DNA of 64,000 bases. It comes from Myxococcota bacterium (GTDB lineage: Bacteria; Myxococcota_A; UBA9160; UBA6930). The DNA is taken from NCBI GenBank assembly GCA_965223415.1, contig OZ245002.1, positions 5,632,001-5,696,000 of the forward strand. Reading direction: 5' to 3'. Shown here in pieces: positions 57,643 through 64,000 of the stretch; positions within the stretch are counted from its first letter, which is position 1, and each line of letters opens with the position of its first letter. Below the pieces are notes generated by a model that ran no database searches, had not been told where the DNA came from, and was given only the letters and a program-made list of their open reading frames with translations. The translations under genes were made by a program, and so were the position numbers.

Positions 57643-57833
57643 ATGAAGCTGGCGAAGCCCCGCGTGGACGTGGCCCTGTTCACGAGCACCGACGAGCCCA
57701 TGCTCGCGTTCTGGCAGGGCGAGGTCGGCCTTCCCTACCAAGAGCCCCTCCCCACCGGCGGCGGCAACATGCAGCATCGCCACGATCTCTCGGGCTCGGT
57801 GCTGAAGCTGAACCATGCCCGCGACGGCGTCCC
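57643..57833 (+). pseudogene. Truncated VOC/glyoxalase family gene (5' part only)
   Basis: MKLAKPRVDVALFT...MLAFWQGEVGLPY...QHRHDLSGSVLKLNHARD, then reads abruptly into the antisense of the transposase fragment. Confidence 0.6.
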
Positions 57834-58160
57834 AGCTCCTGGGCGATCTGGCGCAGGCCACTGCAGCCGCGCATGCGGAAAAACAGCGTCTCCAGGAGGT
57901 CGGGAGCGCGGAGCCAGTAGGTGGGGGAGAACGTCGGTTCACTGAACGAGCGGCGGCAGTGTTGACAGAGGTACCGCTGGACGCGGTCGCCGCGGCGGGG
58001 GCGGGAGAAGAAGCCCTTCTTCTTGAACCGCCAAGGGCCCGAATTCGTGTGGGAATCACATGTGGGACTCGGACAGTGCGGGGGAACGAAGGTAGCGCCG
58101 GCGGTCGGCATGACCGCCCTTCACCGCACGTTTCATGCCGGACCCATTCTTCGATCCACA
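57830..58160 (-). mobile_element. IS1-like transposase remnant (Zn ribbon plus broken HTH; ATG at 58111)
   Basis: PPHCPSPTCDSH...KKKGFF...VQRYLCQHCRRSFS...GLRQIAQELG, then similarity ends; no DDE domain; element boundary approximate. Confidence 0.65.
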
Positions 58161-58162
58161 AC

Positions 58163-59113
58163 TCAGTCCTTCGCGGTGAGCCTCCGACGGAGCGCCCCGA
58201 TCACCTCTTCGGCGTTACGCCGCGAGGCGTCGGCGGTGGGAATCAGCGCCGAGCCGTGGAAGGTGCCTGGGTAGCTGTGCAGCTCCACGGACACGCCGGC
58301 CTGGAGCAGCCGCTGGGCGTAGAGGATTCCCTCGTCGCGGAGCGGATCGAACTCCATGGTCGAGACGTAGGCCGGCGGAAGCCCGGTCAGGTCCTCGGCC
58401 CGGGCCGGCGCCGCGTAGGGCGACACCGGGCCCTGGTGATCCGGGCCCAGGTAGTGCTTCCAGCTCCACACCGCGTTGGGGCGGTTCCAGAGCGGCGTGT
58501 CCGTGAACTGGAGCATCGAGGGCGTGTCGAGCCGGTCGTCGAGCTCCGGGATCTCGAGCACCTGGAAGCAGAGGGCGGGGCCGCCGCGGTCGCGGGCCAT
58601 GAGCGCCGCGCCCGCCGCCAGGCCGCCGCCGGCGCTCTGGCCGGCGATGGCGATCCGGCCCGGGTCGATACCGAGGGACGCGACGTTCCCGGCGGTCCAC
58701 ACGAGACCCGCATAGCAATCCTCGATGCCGGCGGGGAACGGATGCTCCGGCGCCAGCCGGTACTCCACCGAGACCACCACCGCGTCGATCTCGGCGGCCA
58801 CCTTCTGGCACCAGGAGTCCATCATCTCGATGCTGCCGGTCATGAAGCCGCCGCCGTGGATCTCGTAGACCGCGGGCCGGGGGCCGCCTCCCGCCTTGGG
58901 CCGGTAGATGCGGATCGGCACCTCCGGTGCGCCAGCGGGGCCGGGGACGCTCCGGTCCTCCTTCACCACGTCAACCCGGTCCTCCACCGGCGCCGCGAAG
59001 TTCAGGGCCCCGGTGCGGGTCTCCTGCACCTTCTCCACGCTCGAGAAGTCCAGCACCGTCGGAAGGGCTGGGAGGATCTCGGCGAAGTCGGGGTCGTAGT
59101 CGCGCTGGGTCAT
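58163..59113 (-). CDS. Alpha/beta hydrolase, HSL/Aes-type esterase
   Basis: IHGGGF, VEYRLAPEHPFPA, GQSAGG, FDPLRDEG, HGS. Confidence 0.93.
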   Translation of the reverse strand: MTQRDYDPDFAEILPALPTVLDFSSVEKVQETRTGALNFAAPVEDRVDVVKEDRSVPGPAGAPEVPIRIYRPKAGGGPRPAVYEIHGGGFMTGSIEMMDSWCQKVAAEIDAVVVSVEYRLAPEHPFPAGIEDCYAGLVWTAGNVASLGIDPGRIAIAGQSAGGGLAAGAALMARDRGGPALCFQVLEIPELDDRLDTPSMLQFTDTPLWNRPNAVWSWKHYLGPDHQGPVSPYAAPARAEDLTGLPPAYVSTMEFDPLRDEGILYAQRLLQAGVSVELHSYPGTFHGSALIPTADASRRNAEEVIGALRRRLTAKD

Positions 59114-59124
59114 CGGTGAGCTCC

Positions 59125-59928
59125 TCAGAGTCGCTTGCCCGAATCGATCGCCGGGGGGATCCAGGCGGGGGAGCGCTTCTCGGCGAAGGCGCGCATGCCC
59201 TCCCGGGCCTCGCTCCCCTTGAAGAGCGACCAGTCCATGCTCATGCGGTCGACGGCGCCGTAGCGCGCGTGGATCAGGCGCTTCACGTGCAGCCGGGCCT
59301 CCGGCGCCGTGCGCAGGATGTCCTCGGCCACCGAGCGGGCGGCCTCGTGGAGCTCGTCGTGGGGGACGACCCGGGAGACGAGCCCCATCGCCCTCGCCTC
59401 CTCGGCCTCCAGCCGGCGGCCGGTCAGCAGCAGGTCGCGGGCGTTGGCGATGCCCACGTGGGGCGGCAGATAGGCGGCGTAGCCGGTGTCCGCGATCCCG
59501 CGCAGCAGCTCCGGCGCGCGGAAGGTGGCGCGGTCGCTCGCCACCGCCACGTCCGAGAGCATCGCGATCAGCAGACCGCCGCCCTGGCAGATACCGTTCA
59601 CGGCCGATACCACCGGCGCGGCGCTGTGCCGCACCGCCTCGAAGGGCGTCACGTCCTGGCCGGCCAGCTGGTCCACGACCGGGTTCGGGTCCTCCCGCAC
59701 GCCGCGCAGCTCGCCGCCGGGCGCGAACACGTCCGCCATTCCGGTCAGGACGAGGGCGGTGGGCTCCTGCCGCCCGTTCACCCACTCGACGGCGCGCTTG
59801 ATGCCGTAGTACATGGCCGGGCTGAGGGCGTTGCGACTGGCGGGTCGGTCGATCGTGCACCAGGCCAGATGATCCCGGCGCTCCAGGCGCAGGAAGGGCG
59901 TTCCGAGATCGACGGTCTCCGCGCTCAC
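59125..59928 (-). CDS. Enoyl-CoA hydratase/isomerase family protein
   Basis: IDRPASRNAL, PVVSAVNGICQGGG, PELLRG, LLLTGRRL.AEEA..MGLVSRVVP, EGMRAFAEKR. Confidence 0.9.
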   Translation of the reverse strand: MSAETVDLGTPFLRLERRDHLAWCTIDRPASRNALSPAMYYGIKRAVEWVNGRQEPTALVLTGMADVFAPGGELRGVREDPNPVVDQLAGQDVTPFEAVRHSAAPVVSAVNGICQGGGLLIAMLSDVAVASDRATFRAPELLRGIADTGYAAYLPPHVGIANARDLLLTGRRLEAEEARAMGLVSRVVPHDELHEAARSVAEDILRTAPEARLHVKRLIHARYGAVDRMSMDWSLFKGSEAREGMRAFAEKRSPAWIPPAIDSGKRL

Positions 59929-60473
59929 GACGGCCGGCGGCGGATCGGTTGGAGGGCGGTGCGCGGGTTCCAGAGGGCGGCGAGGTTGCTCGGCCCTTCG
60001 AGGGGCGGCAGGTCGGCCACCCGCGCATAGTCGGCGGCGCGGCTCTCGGGCAGGGTGCCGAACACGCGATCCCAGAGCCGGGTCGTGACACCGTGATAGG
60101 CCTTCGCATTCACCAGATGGTGCGCCAGGTGGTGCTCGCGGAGCAGGCGCTCGCGCGGGCTGCGCGGGAGCCGGAAGTGCATGCGCCAGTGAAGCCACTC
60201 GTAGCGGGCGAAGCCGGCGAGCAGCGCCGCGAAGAAGCAGCCGCCGAGCCGCGGGCCCGCCACGACTACCGCGGCGGCGAGCAGCAGCAGCGCCGCCGGC
60301 ACCCACGCCAGCGGCGACGTGAAGACCGCCCGCGGGTCGACGTGATGGCTGCCGTGGAGCGGCGTCACGAAGGTGCGGTAGCGGTGGGCGAGGATGCCGT
60401 GCACCAGGTACTCGACGAAGCCCCATGCGAAGCCCCCCAGGGCCGCTGCAGCGACGCAGGCAGCCAACGTCAC
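59925..60473 (-). CDS. Sterol desaturase/fatty acid hydroxylase family (His-box di-iron) protein
   Basis: EYLVHGILAH, HGSHH, EWLHWRMH, HHLAHH, GVTTRLWDRVFGT. Confidence 0.85.
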   Translation of the reverse strand: MTLAACVAAAALGGFAWGFVEYLVHGILAHRYRTFVTPLHGSHHVDPRAVFTSPLAWVPAALLLLAAAVVVAGPRLGGCFFAALLAGFARYEWLHWRMHFRLPRSPRERLLREHHLAHHLVNAKAYHGVTTRLWDRVFGTLPESRAADYARVADLPPLEGPSNLAALWNPRTALQPIRRRPS

Positions 60474-62419
60474 GGCGTGTACCAGATCGGCGAGGTCCAG
60501 GCCCGCTCCTGGATCGTCTTCGGCACGCGCGGGTCGCGACAGCCGTCGGGGCGCTCGGCTTCGGGAAGCGCGAGGCATTGCCAGGTGGACCAGCGGCAGC
60601 TCGGGTTCTCCACGACCCGAGCGTAGTAGACCGCCGCCCGCTCCGCGTCGAAGGCCGGATCGCTCCAGACCGCGCACAGGGCGTCGGCGCCGGCGCCCCG
60701 GGGCGTGCAGCTCGCGAGGTCGACGTCCGCGTCGTTCGGCCCCCCCGCCACGTCCAGGAGCTGCTGGTGAAAGCGGCCGTCGTCGCCCACCCAGCCCTTC
60801 ACGATCTGGATGCGCTGCAGGAGCCCACCCGAGTGCCCGGACACCCCGGCGTCTCGCAGCGCCGAGACGGCGAAGACCGGGCCCGCCGCGCCCTCTGGCC
60901 GGGGCCCGAGCGTGCCGCCCATCGGCACGGCCTGGTCGTAGCCCATGGCCACCGCGTCGGAGCGCGCGCACCAGTCCGAGGGAAGCTCCCAGCCGCCGAA
61001 GAAGCGCGGCGCGATGCGCGGGCCGCTGGTGGCGAAGGCCTCCCGCCGCCGCATGGCGTCGAAGATCGACTCGCGGGTGTTCTCCTCCGCCCACACCGCC
61101 GCGAGGCCCCCCGGATTCCAGCCGATCCGCGGACGCTTCTCGTCGCCCATGGTGAGCCGGCCCACCGGCTCGGAGATGAACTTGCCCTGGAAGGCGTACT
61201 CGGCGACGGCGCCGGGCGTTCCGCGGTGGGTATCGGTGCTGCCGATGAAGCCGAATCGCAGGGGGTTCACGCCGATCCGCGCCTCCTCGCGCAGACCCTC
61301 GACGAGGGCGTAGCGCACGTGGTCCATTCGCGAGATGCAGCCCCGCGCGGCTTGCGCACCGGAGCCCGTGCCTTCTCCGCAGTCCTCGTGGGCGTACCCG
61401 GTGAGATCGCGGATCTTCTCGAAGCCGCAGAGCTCGTCGGGCCCGCCCGTCACCTCGAACATGCCGTTGCGGCACTCGCTCTCGCCCTTGATCTGCATCA
61501 TCTCGACGATGGGCTCGAGGCGCGCGCGGAGGGCGGCCTGGACCTTCTGCTCCTCCAACGGGAGCTCCCGGTAGGCGACGCTCAGCCCCTGGCCGTTCGA
61601 CAGGTTCGGGTTGTGGGGGATGGCGATCGCGTCGCAGCCGGTCCCGGTCTCGAGGCAGTGGTCGCGCAGCTTGGCCCGCAGCTCGGGCTCCGTGGGCGTA
61701 TCGAGCCAGGAGAAGGGGATCTCGGACACCGACGCGCTGCGCAGGATCACGTTGCGGTGGATCTTGGTGCGGTCCGGCGACCGGCTGTACTCCCAGGCGT
61801 GGAAGGTCGTGAAGGCGCAGCGGCTGGTGCGGTCGTAGTGACGCTCGGCGGAGGCCTGCAGCTCCCGCCACACCGCAAGGAGGGTCTCCCGACAGCGGCT
61901 GCCGTCCTCGCCGCACACCTCGTCCGGCCGACCGGAGAGCCCGACGACGCCCGCGAGCTTGGCGGCGAAGCCCTGCAGCCGTAGCGCCCTGGCGAGTAAG
62001 CTCCGCTTCTCGCCGCGATAGATCTGGCATGCGCGGGTCGCGTAGGCCTCGGGCGAGAGCTCCGGACGGGTGCACAGGGCGACCTCCGAGAGCCACTCGG
62101 CATGGTCGGTCACCGCGGCGAAATCGAGGGGCCGGTCGATCTGGCCGGCAGGGATCGCCTCGCCCCGGGCGTAGCGGTAGGCCTCGTCCGGCGTGGTGAC
62201 CGTGCCGAGCGCCCGCGCGTCCATCGAGAAGCCCGTGTGGACGTGGAGATCGCCGTAGAGGGGGCGCCGCATGGGGTCGCGCTGGGCGCAGGTCTCCCGA
62301 GGCGGCTCGGCTGTGGCGGAGGCCGGGCCGCCGGGCGGCACCCACTCCTGTCCGGACGGGTCCAGGCCGCAAGCGAGCGACGCGAGCACTGCGATCGGAA
62401 CCAGGGAGCGGGTGAGCAT
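60470..62419 (-). CDS. DUF3604 family (PHP-fold metallohydrolase-like) lipoprotein
   Basis: LAC lipobox; YGDLHVHT.FS.DA, LDFAAVTDHAE, IHRNVI, IPHNPNLSNG, GSTDTH, YYARVVENP, QERAWTSPIWY. Confidence 0.85.
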   Translation of the reverse strand: MLTRSLVPIAVLASLACGLDPSGQEWVPPGGPASATAEPPRETCAQRDPMRRPLYGDLHVHTGFSMDARALGTVTTPDEAYRYARGEAIPAGQIDRPLDFAAVTDHAEWLSEVALCTRPELSPEAYATRACQIYRGEKRSLLARALRLQGFAAKLAGVVGLSGRPDEVCGEDGSRCRETLLAVWRELQASAERHYDRTSRCAFTTFHAWEYSRSPDRTKIHRNVILRSASVSEIPFSWLDTPTEPELRAKLRDHCLETGTGCDAIAIPHNPNLSNGQGLSVAYRELPLEEQKVQAALRARLEPIVEMMQIKGESECRNGMFEVTGGPDELCGFEKIRDLTGYAHEDCGEGTGSGAQAARGCISRMDHVRYALVEGLREEARIGVNPLRFGFIGSTDTHRGTPGAVAEYAFQGKFISEPVGRLTMGDEKRPRIGWNPGGLAAVWAEENTRESIFDAMRRREAFATSGPRIAPRFFGGWELPSDWCARSDAVAMGYDQAVPMGGTLGPRPEGAAGPVFAVSALRDAGVSGHSGGLLQRIQIVKGWVGDDGRFHQQLLDVAGGPNDADVDLASCTPRGAGADALCAVWSDPAFDAERAAVYYARVVENPSCRWSTWQCLALPEAERPDGCRDPRVPKTIQERAWTSPIWYTP

Positions 62420-62438
62420 GGGCACCTCCGGGCAGACA

Positions 62439-63662
62439 CTAGGGCGCCCAGCGCCGCGTCGCGTGGGCCCGTCGCGCCGCGATCTCCGCCCGGCGCTGCT
62501 CGCGCGTCACGGTCGGGGTGTCGGGCGGGAGCGCGGCCCGCAGCTCGGCGACGGGCACGAGGCGCGCCTCGGGCTTGGGTGCGTTCTTCGATTGCTGGTA
62601 GCGGTAGAGGATCGCGCCTTCCGGGTGGCTGGCCGGGTCGAGCCAGTTCGGCACGCCCGGGTCTTCCCGGGCCACGACGATGCGGTAGCGCCCGTCGCTG
62701 CTCGCCACCGCCTGGTGGCCGTTCAGGCTGCCGGTGCGGTTCACGTAGTCGAGGGACTCCCACCAGAAGTTGCCGAGCTGGAAGCTCCAGAGGAGGGCGT
62801 CCGGTGCGTCGAGCTCGATCAGGAGCGCCTCGTCCCGGGAGATCTGGAACCAGCCCTGGCCGTAGACGTTGTCCTTGAGGCCCTGCTCCGTGGCCTCGGG
62901 CGGTCCGCGGAAGTCGTTCACGACCCAGGAGCGCACGCGGCCGCTCCGCTGGAGCCACATCGGGGCGCGGTGGGCGAAGCCGTCGGCCATGCGCTCGAGG
63001 CGACCGGCCAGATCCGGGGCAGGGGGCGCGGCGGGAACGTCGAGCCGCTCGAGGAAGAGCTCCGACGGCGTCTCGTTCTCCCAGTCAGCGAAGTACTCCC
63101 GAACGAACAGGTCCGTGGCCTCCGGATCGGTGGGGAGCCAGGTGCCCGACCAGCCTTCCGGCCGTTCGGCCGAGATGCGCAGGTCGATGCGCCCGTCGGG
63201 AGCCGCCTGCCAACCGTCTCCCGAGAGCGAGGCGAAGGGCCGGTATTCCGGATCCATCGTGAAGGTCTGGAGCGCGATCAGCGTCGCGCTGCCGAGCCGC
63301 CCGTGAAGACGGTAGACGCCGTCGCCCCGGATGCGCGCGGTCAGGTACTTGGCGTCGGCGCCGTCGAGGCCCCACTTGTCGATCGTGCTGGCACCGAGGC
63401 GCAGCAGCGGGAAGCTCGCGTCCTCGGCCACGAGCACGTCCTGAACGCTGTGGGCGACCTGCTGGGCCAGGTAGCCGAGCGCCTCCTGCCGATCGATGGC
63501 GTGGGGCTGCGGGTAGTCCTTCAGAATCTCCACGCCGGTGGCCTTCAGTCGGTCGCAGTAGGCCTCCCAGGCGGCGATCTCCGCGTCGCTCGCAGGCGGG
63601 GGTGCACACCCGATCATCGCGACGACGGCAGCGAAGCGGGCGAATCGGACGAGGGGGGACAT
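62439..63662 (-). CDS. DUF1214-domain lipoprotein
   Basis: IGC lipobox-like; KWGLDGADAKY, FVREYFADW, WESLDY..R.GSLN...DG.YRIVVA.EDPGVPNWLD. Confidence 0.75.
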   Translation of the reverse strand: MSPLVRFARFAAVVAMIGCAPPPASDAEIAAWEAYCDRLKATGVEILKDYPQPHAIDRQEALGYLAQQVAHSVQDVLVAEDASFPLLRLGASTIDKWGLDGADAKYLTARIRGDGVYRLHGRLGSATLIALQTFTMDPEYRPFASLSGDGWQAAPDGRIDLRISAERPEGWSGTWLPTDPEATDLFVREYFADWENETPSELFLERLDVPAAPPAPDLAGRLERMADGFAHRAPMWLQRSGRVRSWVVNDFRGPPEATEQGLKDNVYGQGWFQISRDEALLIELDAPDALLWSFQLGNFWWESLDYVNRTGSLNGHQAVASSDGRYRIVVAREDPGVPNWLDPASHPEGAILYRYQQSKNAPKPEARLVPVAELRAALPPDTPTVTREQRRAEIAARRAHATRRWAP

Positions 63663-63701
63663 GGCGACACCTCCAGCCCGATGGGTAGCATCCGCCCGCT
63701 C

Positions 63702-64000
63702 ATGACGAACCTGTTCGAGACCCTGCGGGAGGGCTCCGCCGACGACCCCGCGCGGCCCTTCCTCGCGCCGCCCGGCGAGGGCGCGCTGAGCTATGCGGAG
63801 GTGGACGAGCGGTCGGCCCGGATCGCCGGCGGCCTACGCGCCGCGAGGGTCGCCTGCGGCGACCGGGTGCTGGCCCAGGTTCCGAAGTCGCCGGACGCCG
63901 TCGCTCTCTATCTCGCGTGCCTGCGGATCGGCGCCGTCTACGTCCCGCTGAACGTGGCCTACACCGCAGAGGAGGTCGCGTTCTACCGGGAGGACGCGAC
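63702..64000 (+). CDS. AMP-dependent acyl-CoA synthetase, MatB (malonyl-CoA synthetase)-like, partial
   Basis: MTNLFETL...GDRVLAQVPKSPDAVALYLACLRIGAVYVPLNVAYTAEEVAFY; runs off the window end. Confidence 0.8.
   Translation, partial: MTNLFETLREGSADDPARPFLAPPGEGALSYAEVDERSARIAGGLRAARVACGDRVLAQVPKSPDAVALYLACLRIGAVYVPLNVAYTAEEVAFYREDA

Overview
High-GC bacterial chromosome segment. By gene content (DUF4388, PilZ, DUF3604, DUF1214, PEP-CTERM proteins) it most resembles Myxococcota/Deltaproteobacteria; this is an inference. Bases 1-24.5 kb hold the core translation/transcription supercluster on the minus strand: tRNA-Thr/Tyr/Gly/Thr, tuf, tRNA-Trp, secE, nusG, rplKAJL, rpoBC, rpsLG, fusA, a second tuf, then the S10 and spc genes up to rplR. 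Four expected genes are cleanly absent from their conserved slots: rplC (L3), rplX (L24), rpsN (S14) and rpmG (L33). Bases 24.5-64 kb are accessory. They include a candidate cell-surface system (TPR/beta-barrel Slam-like protein, secreted Cys-pair protein, ECF sigma, zinc anti-sigma, subtilase, membrane VIT-domain PEP-CTERM protein) behind twin divergent TGGAACC-N17-CACCCAC promoter-like motifs. Also present: a molybdoenzyme cluster with an embedded MoaD-like gene and a fused two-domain CoA-transferase, a 37-bp tandem repeat, a tRNA nucleotidyltransferase, a 66-aa PEP-CTERM microprotein, a probable heteromeric acyl-CoA dehydrogenase pair, a VOC/IS1-like deletion scar, and a DUF1214-DUF3604-desaturase-hydratase-esterase operon. 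All family calls come from motif recognition by eye; no database searches were run.
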